Source: an uncultured Methanosarcinaceae archaeon (GTDB lineage Archaea > Halobacteriota > Methanosarcinia > Methanosarcinales > Methanosarcinaceae). Taken from it: DNA of 64,000 bases. Each line of letters opens with the position of its first letter. The first letter of the stretch is position 1. The DNA is taken from positions 32,001-96,000 of the forward strand of contig CAVRJG010000041.1 of the NCBI GenBank assembly GCA_963721455.1, in the 5' to 3' direction. Under the pieces are notes generated by a model, which was not told the origin of the DNA, made no database searches, and saw only the letters and a list, made by a program, of their open reading frames with translations. This document shows positions 32,876 to 44,114 of this stretch, piece after piece. A program made the translations under genes and the position numbers.

Positions 32876-32956
32876 ATTCAGTCTGTTCTTAATAATATAA
32901 TAGTGGAAGTAAACTCAGACTTAATCCAGGAAAATATCTGATATCAATCAAGGTGA

Positions 32957-34573
<1,617 letters not shown>

Positions 34574-34574
34574 T

Positions 34575-34810
34575 TTTAATTTTTTTCCTTTTCGTTTTCT
34601 TTCTTTTTTCTTTTTTTCTCCTTTCTTTTTCTTCTTCTTTTTCCTTTCCCTTTTCCTTTCCCTTTTCCACCTTCCTTCGGTTGCTTTTTCTTATTTCTCC
34701 TGCTTTTCCACTTTTTTCATATTCTCTTCGTTTTTTCGTTTTTCTTTTTTCGTTTTTTCTCCTACTTGTTTTCTCTTTTCTCTGCATTTTTCAATTCTTA
34801 CTTTCTTTTA
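34575..34810 (+). repeat. polypyrimidine low-complexity tract
   Basis: ~235 bp almost entirely T/C, directly after the groEL stop. Confidence 0.8.
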
Positions 34811-34996
34811 TACGTGTGATGGAAATCGAGAACTCTTTTTATTTTACTTATGCACAATATATTTCTAATATCATACTTTATCAATAGTCATAATTATTGA
34901 TTCGTCGCCTTATCATATTGCTGTCTATAAGCTCGGTCTATATCTCTAAAAGCAGTTTGCGATAGAATATTTCTTACTAAAAAGGTGAAAATAAGC

Positions 34997-35824
34997 ATGT
35001 TTGAAGTCTACTGTGACTCTTCCTACAATGAGGGCGAGGACTCTTATATCGGCTGTACTGTGCTTCGGGACGGCAAACAGATACACCAGTCTACAACAAA
35101 GGTTCCGGATGTACCTCAAAATAACCTTGACTGTGAACTTGCGGCCCTCAGTTTCGCTGTAACTCTGGCCAGGATTTTTTCCGAAGGCAACAGAGATATA
35201 ATTATTTATAACGATTCTACTGAAGCCGTAAAAGCTTTCCAGAAGGAAAGGCCGGAAATCGAAAAGAAGTTTTCAGGGACCGGCATTAACTTTGAATATA
35301 TTCCCCGGGAAAAGGTAAATCAGGCAATTGCAGACAGCTTATCTAAAAAATTTCCGGTATTTTTCCTGAATATTCCTACCTGTGAGGTGGAGTCTTTTTC
35401 ACGGAGAGAAGATATCCTTTCCGACATCGCCCGAAATGAGCGCAGTGTTTTTTATCTTGAGAAAGTAGACGAAAAATCCACGAACAAAAAAACCTGTTAC
35501 AGGCTTATGATCCGTACTCTGGAAAAAATCCTTTCAGGGGATAGGCTTTATCTCGTAAAAAAGGGAGGTCCAGGCACTCAGGTAAAAGCTGCAGAAGAGA
35601 TAAGGAAAGATCTGTCCGATCCCTCAGTCATCTCCTCCCTGAAAGCAAAGGGTGTCAGGCTTGAAGACTCCTATTTCCTGCTGACGGATGAAACCTGGGG
35701 GCTTCGGGGTACGGACAATCAGACGTGTTCCATTCTGCCCGATTCCGTCCGTCACAGGATTATTTGTGACGAAGTAGACAGGTCGCCTCAAAATCTCTTC
35801 AGAAGGGTCGAACGTTTCAGGTAA
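34997..35824 (+). CDS. RNase HI-like domain protein with C-terminal extension
   Basis: VYCDSS, NNLDCELAAL, IYNDS, YIPREKVNQAIADSLS carry the RNase H acidic residues. Confidence 0.75.
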   Translation: MFEVYCDSSYNEGEDSYIGCTVLRDGKQIHQSTTKVPDVPQNNLDCELAALSFAVTLARIFSEGNRDIIIYNDSTEAVKAFQKERPEIEKKFSGTGINFEYIPREKVNQAIADSLSKKFPVFFLNIPTCEVESFSRREDILSDIARNERSVFYLEKVDEKSTNKKTCYRLMIRTLEKILSGDRLYLVKKGGPGTQVKAAEEIRKDLSDPSVISSLKAKGVRLEDSYFLLTDETWGLRGTDNQTCSILPDSVRHRIICDEVDRSPQNLFRRVERFR

Positions 35825-35960
35825 TTTTTCTGTCTCACGGAAATTCCTTGACTATAACAGCTTTCCCTCTGGATATGTATGAGCCTTCACTAAAAAGGTT
35901 CAAACCCTATCTACAAATTCTGTATTCAATCCATAACCCAAAATCAAATCCTGAGAACCG

Positions 35961-36587
35961 GTGAAACCGATAGATTACAAGCTATATATTTTACTCACGA
36001 TTTTTCTCAGCTGCCTGCTCCTCGTGAATCTCCTGGGAAGTAAGCTGATTGAAATCTTCGGTATCGTAACTTCTTGTAGGGCTTCTCGGATATCCGCCTA
36101 CTTTTCTTATTACGGATATAGTAGAAGAAGTTCAGGGAGAGGGGCTACCAGGATTTTTGTACATGCCGGTTTCCTTTCCCTCTGTATTTCATTTCTTTTT
36201 GTGTCTTTAAGTACAGGCCTGCCCCCTTCTTCAATTTCCGGCAGCAGAAGACAAATGGTAGGCATCTCTGGCTCAGGGAATAATCTTTCAACAATCGTTT
36301 CCCAGCTGCTCGATTCCGTTGTGTTTATGTTTCTCGCTTTCTATCGGCTGACTCCGGAGCTGGATGTTGTTGCCGTCTTGCAGATGATTATGCCGTTCTG
36401 GACTCTTAAAGTGGGGTTTGCTCTCCTTGATACTCCATTTGTGTATCTCGGAGTCAGATGGCTTGCTTGCGAAAACGAGTCAAGGGGTTCCGACTCCGGA
36501 GAAAGCCGGGAAACTGGCCTGGTCGAAGTAGAAGCAGGTTCAATGCCTGAAAAAAGTCTGGACTCAGAAATCTCAGTTCGGGGATAA
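35961..36587 (+). pseudogene. degraded queuosine/preQ0 precursor transporter (YhhQ/Vut_1)
   Basis: NLLGSKLI and NNLSTIVSQLLDS..ALLDTPFVY in frame; YPPTFLITDIVEEV and HLWLR lie in other frames. Confidence 0.75.
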
Positions 36588-36712
36588 GCACCCAACATTT
36601 ATGGGTATTACGACCTATATACCATAGGGGTGCTAAATTACGGTAGATTATCCTGAGATTGAGATACGATCTATTGTAACAGAAATTCAACACGGTAAAG
36701 GGGTATGTAGGA

Positions 36713-37270
36713 ATGGCTGAAGAATCAAAAAAATCAGGCGAAGATGTGCGCGTCCGGTATACTGGCGTTCCTGAAGGGGAAATCTGTAAATCCTGTTTGG
36801 AGATGCCTGAGGAGCAGCGTAAGACTATGATTCTGGAAATTCAGCAGATGGCCGAGGAGATACTTAAAGCCCACAAAGTTATTACTGAGCTCAATGATCT
36901 TTTAAAGGGCGAATGGTTCCTTAAGCTTCAAAAACCCGGGTTTGAGAAGAAACTGGTTTTTGCAAAATACGGGGAAGAGATTTTCATAGGGTTTTATACC
37001 TATTCGGATGATCTCCCTATCCCTGATCCGAATCTTGTTTTGCTCTCACAGAACGGGTTCTGGTATCCGCAGAGGATAGAGGAAAAGTTTGAAGAAACGG
37101 TTTCTTCCTTCTTCACAGGGGCTTATGGGGACTATGATTTCCTCAATATTGTCCCTGAAAACGTTGAAAAGTTCCAGGTTTTCCAGCGAGATTTTGCAAA
37201 AACACTTGAGAATCAGGGATGGGATAAACCGGATGTAGTGGTTCTCGAAAAAATCATGCCAAAAAATTAA
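36713..37270 (+). CDS. hypothetical protein
   Basis: 185 aa ORF with typical codon usage. Confidence 0.75.
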   Translation: MAEESKKSGEDVRVRYTGVPEGEICKSCLEMPEEQRKTMILEIQQMAEEILKAHKVITELNDLLKGEWFLKLQKPGFEKKLVFAKYGEEIFIGFYTYSDDLPIPDPNLVLLSQNGFWYPQRIEEKFEETVSSFFTGAYGDYDFLNIVPENVEKFQVFQRDFAKTLENQGWDKPDVVVLEKIMPKN

Positions 37271-37382
37271 AATTATAGTCAAGGCAGGAAATATTTACAC
37301 ATATCAACAGGAACAGTAACTGTAGCTGACACTTGAAATTGCAGTTAGTTGTCGAGTTGCCTGTAATCCCAAACAAAAAGAT

Positions 37383-37505
37383 AACACACGGAAAGCACGG
37401 AAAACACGGACTAAAGGAGTTACGGGCACAGAAATTTCTGTGCTTTCCGTGGTTATAGTGTCTTGATTGGGTTCTTCGGTGCCCTTCTGTGTTTTTCGTA
37501 GTTAT
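37383..37505. repeat. CACGGAAAG/CTTTCCGTG inverted-repeat element
   Basis: CACGGAAAGCACGGAAAACACGG then TTTCTGTGCTTTCCGTG and TTCTGTGTTTTTCGT; can form a long hairpin. Confidence 0.6.
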
Positions 37506-37775
37506 AAAACCTGTAGTGATTTAAGTGTAAATGTTTACTTTTCAAACTATAATTGGTTTTTATAAGTGTAATTAATTCGTGAGTTTGCTATACTTCATAA
37601 AACTGGTTTCATCCCAGGAATCAGTTTTTTCTTTTTGTCCTATCAATTCTGGTTCTGTTTTTTCCCACAGAATATTTAAATATTGAAAGCGTACGCAGTT
37701 TCAGTATAGATTCAGCGATGTTACTTGCTTTTACCTCATCCCGTTTCACAATAATTGATTTTCAGAAGGTCTTTT

Positions 37776-38984
37776 ATGTTTTCGATAAACTCCGAATGCA
37801 TCCTCTCAAAAAAATCTGAAGATATCCCTCCTTTCTATGTGATGGAAGTGCTGGAAAGTGCCCTGGCTCTGGAAGCTGAGGGGAGACACATAATCCATCT
37901 CGAGGTCGGAGAGCCTGATTTTCCTACGGCTCCTCATATCTGTGAGGCCGCCTGCGCTGCTATTGGCCGGGGGTCCACAAAGTACACTCACAGCCAGGGA
38001 CTTCTTTCTCTCAGAGAGACAATAGTTGAGTCTTATCACCGGAAGTTCGGAGTCGACCTGAGCCCGGATCAGGTTATTGTGACTTCCGGAACAAGCCCAG
38101 GCCTCCTGATTGTTTTTATGGCCCTGCTTGAAAAAATGGACGAAGTAATCATGTCGAACCCTCACTACGCCTGCTATCCGAATTTTGTGAAATACCTGGG
38201 CGGAACTCCTGTTTATGTCTACACGAACGAGACAAATGGGTTTGCCCTGGAACCGGAAACAGTAAGGCAGTGCCTGAGTTCCAATACAAAAGCCATCCTG
38301 ATCAACAGTCCTTCAAATCCCGGCGGACATGTGATGTCTCCTGAAAGTTTGCAGGGCCTTGCCGCAATAGCGGATGAAAGAGGAATTCCTATTGTTTCGG
38401 ATGAAATCTACCAGGGCCTGATCTATAGCGGAGAAGAGCATACTATCCTGGAATATACGGATAACGCTTTTGTCCTGAACGGCTTTTCCAAACTGTATGC
38501 GATGACTGGCTGGAGGCTCGGCTACATTATCTGTCCCCCGGAATGTGTCCGTGCGATCCAGAAAATCCACCAGAACTTTTTTATCTGTGCCAACTCCTTT
38601 GTCCAGGAAGCAGGAATCGCAGCTCTGAAAGGCTCCCAGGACCACGTTGCAGAGATGATCCAGATCTACAACACACGCCGCCAGTATATGCTGAAAAGGC
38701 TCCTCGGAATGGGTCTGGATGTCCGCAAAGAACCAATGGGAGCTTTCTATGTCCTTGCCGATGCCCGCAAATACGGCACTGACTCTCTTGAATTAAGCCG
38801 CCGCATCCTTAACGAGGCTGGCGTTGCAGTTACGCCAGGGATCGACTTCGGAAACGGGGCAGAAGGTTACCTGCGCTTTTCTTATGCCAACAACCTCGAA
38901 AATATAAAAGAAGGTATGGACAGGTTGGAGGCTTTTTTAGAAAAAGAACTTGAGGGAGAACTTGAGGGAGAACTTGAGGGATGA
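37776..38984 (+). CDS. PLP-dependent class I/II aminotransferase
   Basis: GEPDF, INSPSNP, SDEIY, NGFSKLYAMTGWRLG, YLRFSY; C-terminal 12-bp ELEG repeat x3. Confidence 0.95.
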   Translation: MFSINSECILSKKSEDIPPFYVMEVLESALALEAEGRHIIHLEVGEPDFPTAPHICEAACAAIGRGSTKYTHSQGLLSLRETIVESYHRKFGVDLSPDQVIVTSGTSPGLLIVFMALLEKMDEVIMSNPHYACYPNFVKYLGGTPVYVYTNETNGFALEPETVRQCLSSNTKAILINSPSNPGGHVMSPESLQGLAAIADERGIPIVSDEIYQGLIYSGEEHTILEYTDNAFVLNGFSKLYAMTGWRLGYIICPPECVRAIQKIHQNFFICANSFVQEAGIAALKGSQDHVAEMIQIYNTRRQYMLKRLLGMGLDVRKEPMGAFYVLADARKYGTDSLELSRRILNEAGVAVTPGIDFGNGAEGYLRFSYANNLENIKEGMDRLEAFLEKELEGELEGELEG

Positions 38985-39595
38985 GATTTTTAGTTTCTGC
39001 CCAGTATCATCTGAAGTCCATCTATCCTTAATCTCTTTTCTTTTTCTCGCCTCAAAGTGAGAACCTCGGTTGCTATTGAGTGGCTAAGAAGAAGATTGGA
39101 TCTGGAAGGTATTAACCATTGGGGGTTGTGTGAAATATTCCTGTTTAAATTCATTAACATGATAAATATTTAGTAATTATTGTTTTAAATTGTTTTCATG
39201 TTTGATTAAAGAGTCCAGATCCTCTAGAGTTACCTTCAGATTAATGCAATTTGTTCCTCCCTTAATAAGAGAATATAAGCATTAATGCTTTGCATCAGGA
39301 TTTTTAAGCCTTTTTCTTTCTGAACCGTTCCTCTTCTAAATGCGAAGATTTGTACAACTCATAAATATTTTATAGTATGATGCGTATTCTAAAGATCACT
39401 TTCTAACTTTATAATAAACACCTGTGTGCCCCCTCACAAACGATTATTGTTTAGACAGTCGTGTGTTTTATGCTGCTGATTTTTCAGTTTAACGATGTAA
39501 TCCCCCTGTAATACAGTAACCATGCACGTGTTCGAAAACCCTGGGCGGGTTAGTTAGAAAGGTTGTGTTCTTGATAAAAGAATGGAGCCAGAAAT

Positions 39596-40924
39596 ATGAA
39601 CAAAAATAATAGATTAAAGGTAATGCCCCGGTTGTTAGGGGTGCTGCTTTGCCTGGCATTAATACAGGCGGCGTGTGCTCAAACGGAAGGGTCTGACGAA
39701 AATTTAATTTTCGGTAATGTTACTTACGAAAATGGAACTTATGAAAATGCTACCCTTGAAACAGGATCAATTTACGAAAATGTAACTGATGGCAATGTAA
39801 CTGGTGAAACTGTCACAGTACATACTATAAATCCGACTTATCTTTCTATGTATCTAATGTCGGGAACTGGCGAAAAATCCGCGGTTAGTTTCAAGAATGA
39901 AGGTAATGAAACACTCGTTATAACACCGAAAGTAGTGTCTATGTATAACAGTGGGAACAACATAATTGAAAGCTGGATCACTATATCTCCAACAAACGCA
40001 ACAGTAGAACCAGGCGCAGTACAGGAATTTACAGTTGAAGTAAATGTCCCCGAGGATGCAGAAAGCGCGTACTATCAAACAGCTATAGCCTTCACAGATG
40101 ATCTTCTGCCAGACTCCACAGAATCTGTCAATTCAATGAGGCTTGATATCTCAGTCCAGGCTAGTCCGAAAATCGAGCTTCAGACAGGTTATCTCTCTGA
40201 TACCGTTGAGGCAGGACAGGAATATGAGTACAAGATAAAAATCAAAAATGTGGCAGACAAAGACGTCACCATTGATCCTAAAGTGGCCAGATACATGTAT
40301 GATGGTTCATCTAATACACTTGCTCTCAGTGATGATGCAATAGTGATCTCTGCCCCTTCAGTTATAAAAGCAGGTGAAATCATTAGCATGACCATTAAGG
40401 TGCCTGTTCCGGAAAATGCGACAGGATCGTACAGCGGGAACATCGGAATGAATGTTGATGGAAAAGCTAATGATGGATACACCCCGCAAATAGGTATGAA
40501 CTTCAGGGCTATACAACAGCCTGCAGTTCCGTACGTGAAAATCTTCAACACTACGAGTACTGCCCCGATAACCATTGAAGTTTCGGCTGATACTTACGAC
40601 CCGGCTATGGGATTGCGTATTTCTCCTAAAAGTGAAGAACCGTCTTTTAAACTAAAACTGAAATATAATTCCCATTCTGTCCGCATATCCCCTACAAAAA
40701 TAACCCAAAGCAACAATGTAAACATTGGGGGATACTATTTCCCGGCATGGGCGCTGGATAACAACACAATCTATCAGAACACATACAATCATTATGTAGA
40801 AACATATACAGTTCCAGGGGCAATAGGAAAGTGGGAACTTTCTATTATGCCGAAAAACACGGAATCTTTTGGATATTCGATCACGTCGGAAAATCAAGAT
40901 AAAAAACAGCACAAATTGAAGTGA
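39596..40924 (+). CDS. secreted Ig-like surface glycoprotein
   Basis: Signal peptide, many N-x-T sequons, two V.VPE.A.G.Y Ig-like modules. Confidence 0.8.
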   Translation: MNKNNRLKVMPRLLGVLLCLALIQAACAQTEGSDENLIFGNVTYENGTYENATLETGSIYENVTDGNVTGETVTVHTINPTYLSMYLMSGTGEKSAVSFKNEGNETLVITPKVVSMYNSGNNIIESWITISPTNATVEPGAVQEFTVEVNVPEDAESAYYQTAIAFTDDLLPDSTESVNSMRLDISVQASPKIELQTGYLSDTVEAGQEYEYKIKIKNVADKDVTIDPKVARYMYDGSSNTLALSDDAIVISAPSVIKAGEIISMTIKVPVPENATGSYSGNIGMNVDGKANDGYTPQIGMNFRAIQQPAVPYVKIFNTTSTAPITIEVSADTYDPAMGLRISPKSEEPSFKLKLKYNSHSVRISPTKITQSNNVNIGGYYFPAWALDNNTIYQNTYNHYVETYTVPGAIGKWELSIMPKNTESFGYSITSENQDKKQHKLK

Positions 40925-40989
40925 AAAATTATGGTAGGTTAGCAGGATTTGACTCTATATATTCTGAATCCTGCTGCCTATATTCCTTA

Positions 40990-41060
40990 CCCGAGTTCCG
41001 CTTCCCGAGTTCCGCTTCGGGAGCACGGGGTCCTTCTCGCTGCGCTCGAGAGGACTAATT
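40990..41060 (+). repeat. dispersed GC-rich intergenic repeat (..CGCTCRAGAGGACTAATT)
   Basis: Tandem CCCGAGTTCCGCTT hairpin unit; homologous to 49240-49300 (minus) and 59810-59988. Confidence 0.75.
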
Positions 41061-41077
41061 CATAAAGATAAAACTAA

Positions 41078-41195
41078 TAGGACTTACGCACTTGAAGTAC
41101 AAAATCAAGCATAATCGGCGTTGTGACTGGGGTGGTATTTTATTCAGTTAGAGGTTTAATGCTATTGATTTCTCAGTTCAACCGCGTAAGTCCTA
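41078..41195. mobile_element. MITE, 118 bp
   Basis: Perfect 12-bp TIR TAGGACTTACGC / GCGTAAGTCCTA; non-coding interior. Confidence 0.8.
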
Positions 41196-41271
41196 TATAA
41201 GGATAAAAATAAGTTACACTCAAGAGGACTAATTTAGAAAGATTACTTTCAAAACTATAAATTAAAAAAGG

Positions 41272-41467
41272 TGGGGCTGGTGAGATTCGAACTCACGATC
41301 GACGGGTATCTCCGAACAACTGCTTTCACAGTTTTAGTTCTGGTGAGCATCTATCAGTGCTCCAACGGTTCCTCATTATCCTGCCCCGTCGGGCAAAACT
41401 CAGTATACCCGTTGTTCATCATTTATCCGCTGGAGCCCATCGCCATGCCGGGCTAGGCCACAGCCCC
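41272..41467 (-). tRNA. tRNA-Trp(CCA) with 122-nt intron
   Basis: GGGGCTGTGGCCTAG..GGGCTCCAG[intron 41429-41308]ACCCGT..GTTCGAATCTCACCAGCCCCA. Confidence 0.95.
41308..41429 (-). ncRNA. box C/D guide sRNA within the tRNA-Trp intron
   Basis: C box ATGATGA, D' CTGA, C' ATGAGGA, D CTGA; guides ACGGGTA and TGGAGC are complementary to the tRNA's own anticodon arm. Confidence 0.9.
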
Positions 41468-41564
41468 TTAACAATGATACTTCACAAGGATATTGAAATG
41501 TCCTTTCTCTTTTAAATAGTTAACGGCAGGAAACAGGTTTCACATACCGAAATGTAAAGAGAAG

Positions 41565-41648
41565 CGCCCAGGGCAGGATTTGAACCTGCGCTCTCCCAAA
41601 GAAGAAACGGTTTTCGAGACCGTCGCCTTACCACTAGACTACCTGGGC
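41565..41648 (-). tRNA. tRNA-Ser(CGA)
   Basis: GCCCAGGTAGTCTAGTGGTAAGGCGACGGTCTCGAAAACCGT, long variable arm, GGTTCAAATCCTGCCCTGGGCG. Confidence 0.96.
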
Positions 41649-41759
41649 ATTTTGCTTTAATGTAGATCAAACTTTCCGGGCATTGCCCGACGTTCCTGAT
41701 GCAGGATTAGTGAATATGCTTTCTCTCTTATATATCTTATTATTAGCGGGTTCTATTCC

Positions 41760-43106
41760 TTAAAAATCAAAAAGTGAACTCTGGCCTGCATTATTATCCG
41801 ATTCTTCTTTTTCTATTTCGTCTGTCTCTTTTCGAGGCTTTTCATTACTTTTTTTCTCGGGTTTACTTTTTTTCCCGGGTTTTATCTTTTCAAGGTCTGC
41901 AAATGAAATCTGTCCATTGTGCCGGGGGTTTCCCGCTTTCAGGTTTTCAGGCAGCTCAAGCCAGCCATACTGTCCCCCCCCGCCAGGGTGGATTATAACA
42001 TCGCCTTTCCTGAAGGCCAGGATCGCGTTTACTATCCGGTCATCGTCCACTATTTTCAGGGCGTCAGGTTCTGCATAGATAAGAGCTTCAACCTCGTTTC
42101 CGAAGCGTTCTACAAGCTTATTCCAGGCAGTTTGCACACCTTTTGTCTGGACGCCTGCATGGCCGAGAGCCATCTGGATTATCTCTGCAAGAGGAATCAG
42201 GTGAAGATAAGGGGGGCGGTGGTCAGGGTGCCTGGGCTCTTTAAAATCTGCAAGTTCGTTGATGCGGTCCAAAACCCCTTTCTTTATTATGCCTCCGCAT
42301 ATCGGGCAGCGCCATTTATTCTCAACTGCTTCAGGCAGAGCATACTGAGTAAAACACTTAATGCAGGCTGACCGGTTGTATTTGCCTTCTTCAGGAAAAA
42401 ACCCCACATTCAGAGTAGCCCTGTATCCCTGTTCCCTGAGGATAGCTTTTTTCAAGCCGTCAAAGGTAATCTCAGGAACCTCAAACTGCGTGAACTCCCT
42501 TGCCAGTTTATTTGTCGAAGGGGAATGGGCATCGGAATTTGAAAGAAAAGTCAGGCGGTGCAGCTCTCTGATCCGATCTGCATAATCGCTGTCCGCACTC
42601 AGGCCAAGCTCCAGGAAAGAAATGTAATCTGTCATATCCCCATAGCAGCTTTTCAGGTTGTCGTGATAACCGTAAAGTGCTGTCCAGGGGGTAAAGGCAT
42701 GGCAGGGTCCGATAAGTGCTCCAAGGTCTTTTGCAATTTCTGCAATTTCACTGCCGTCCAGCCTGATACTGGGACGGCCGTCGGCTTCAAGGTTGCCGAA
42801 AGGAGCAATGCGTTCTGCCAGTTCTTCAGCCTTTGAAATTGAGGGTAAAATGAGAAGGTGATGTACGCGTTTGTTGTCTTCTATCTCGGTAGTAGGGATA
42901 AAATAAATGTCTTCGATGCGGATTTCTTCATCCGAAACGGCTGCTTTCTTGATTTCCTCGAGCCACTTCGGATGAGTGCAGTCTGCAGTGCCTAACAGTT
43001 CCATCCCCTTTTTTGAAGCCTCCCTGGCAATTGTCGGCAATTCCATCTTTCTGGAAGATGCCATGGAGTACTTTGAATGGAGATGGAGGTCTGTATTGAC
43101 TTTCAT
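41760..43106 (-). CDS. endoQ: PHP-domain endonuclease Q family (TIGR00375)
   Basis: DLHLHSKYS, HAFTPW, ELGLSAD, SNSDAHS, EGKY, CIKC/CPIC, PGGGGQYG. Confidence 0.88.
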   Translation of the reverse strand: MKVNTDLHLHSKYSMASSRKMELPTIAREASKKGMELLGTADCTHPKWLEEIKKAAVSDEEIRIEDIYFIPTTEIEDNKRVHHLLILPSISKAEELAERIAPFGNLEADGRPSIRLDGSEIAEIAKDLGALIGPCHAFTPWTALYGYHDNLKSCYGDMTDYISFLELGLSADSDYADRIRELHRLTFLSNSDAHSPSTNKLAREFTQFEVPEITFDGLKKAILREQGYRATLNVGFFPEEGKYNRSACIKCFTQYALPEAVENKWRCPICGGIIKKGVLDRINELADFKEPRHPDHRPPYLHLIPLAEIIQMALGHAGVQTKGVQTAWNKLVERFGNEVEALIYAEPDALKIVDDDRIVNAILAFRKGDVIIHPGGGGQYGWLELPENLKAGNPRHNGQISFADLEKIKPGKKSKPEKKSNEKPRKETDEIEKEESDNNAGQSSLFDF

Positions 43107-43172
43107 TTCCTTCCCTTTTACCAGAGGCTCTAATCTTTAGTTCCTGATTTTTTTCAGTTATATAATCCCGTC

Positions 43173-43943
43173 TCAGCCTATGTAGCGCAGGTCTTCTTCA
43201 GTAGGTTTGACTTCCGGGTAGGTCTGCTGCTCTTCTTTTTCCTTTAGCTTGTCCAGGATGTTTTCCATTTCCTCTGCTTTTTTCTTAAGGGAGTCGGTGT
43301 TTACTTCGATCCCGAACATTTTACAGAGTACCTTTAAAAGAAATTGGGCACTCTTAGGATCCATAAGATATCCGGGTGTCATACCCATAAGACAGGCAGC
43401 GTCAATGCCTCGCATCCTGCTGAATGCTACAAGCAGGCCCGATGCCCCTACGATCCCTCCGCTGGGTTCGGATTCCCTGAATTCTACCCCATACTTCTTG
43501 ATCTCTTCGATCAATTCCGTATTATTGGCAACTCCGAGGACTGTTTCTTCGTAGGTCAGTTTGCCGGTGGGATAACCTCCGAGCGTGTAGATTCTGGGTA
43601 CTCCGAACTCCTGTGCAATGTCAAGGTAAAGAGAGCAGAGTTCGTAGTGCCCCTGCGAGGTAGTGCTCTGATGGTCTCCCACAAGGAAAAGGATATCATT
43701 CCCGTTTGCTTTCCCGTGGTATATTATGTTGCTTACCGGGCGGACCGTACAGTCTTTATTGACCAGGACCTGAGGTGGAAAATGCGGGGAATAAACCTCC
43801 ATAATTTTTTCCGCTTCAAGTTCATCTACCAGGTGCTCTGCCACCAGCTTGCCTACGAGCCCTACCCCTGGAAGTCCGACTACCAGTATGGGTTTATTGA
43901 GCTCTAATCCTTCTTTCAGGCGGACAAGTGTACTTTGCTGCAT
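43173..43943 (-). CDS. proteasome assembly chaperone (PAC2 family)
   Basis: GLPGVGLVGKL, SPHFPPQV, DPKSA, LRYIG; conserved position after nop10. Confidence 0.9.
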   Translation of the reverse strand: MQQSTLVRLKEGLELNKPILVVGLPGVGLVGKLVAEHLVDELEAEKIMEVYSPHFPPQVLVNKDCTVRPVSNIIYHGKANGNDILFLVGDHQSTTSQGHYELCSLYLDIAQEFGVPRIYTLGGYPTGKLTYEETVLGVANNTELIEEIKKYGVEFRESEPSGGIVGASGLLVAFSRMRGIDAACLMGMTPGYLMDPKSAQFLLKVLCKMFGIEVNTDSLKKKAEEMENILDKLKEKEEQQTYPEVKPTEEDLRYIG

Positions 43944-43952
43944 AATAATCCC

Positions 43953-44108
43953 TTATCCTTTCTTTGCCAGTCTGCGGTACTTACCGTAAGGGTCCTTAGG
44001 AGAAAAGCGGGCCGGATGTGCGGAGAAAGCTTCTCCCCCACAGACCGGACAAATTTCCCTTAAAGTGTACCTGCCGCAATTTTTGCATTTGCGGATCTTT
44101 TGTCCCAA
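43953..44108 (-). CDS. nop10: H/ACA RNP protein Nop10 (not in the ORF track)
   Basis: TTG start; MGQKIRKCKNCGRYTLREICPVCGGEAFSAHPARFSPKDPYGKYRRLAKKG. Confidence 0.95.
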   Translation of the reverse strand: MGQKIRKCKNCGRYTLREICPVCGGEAFSAHPARFSPKDPYGKYRRLAKKG

Positions 44109-44114
44109 AGGGTA

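Noticed and set aside
41271-41456. 61-aa ORF
   Set aside because: Antisense to tRNA-Trp.
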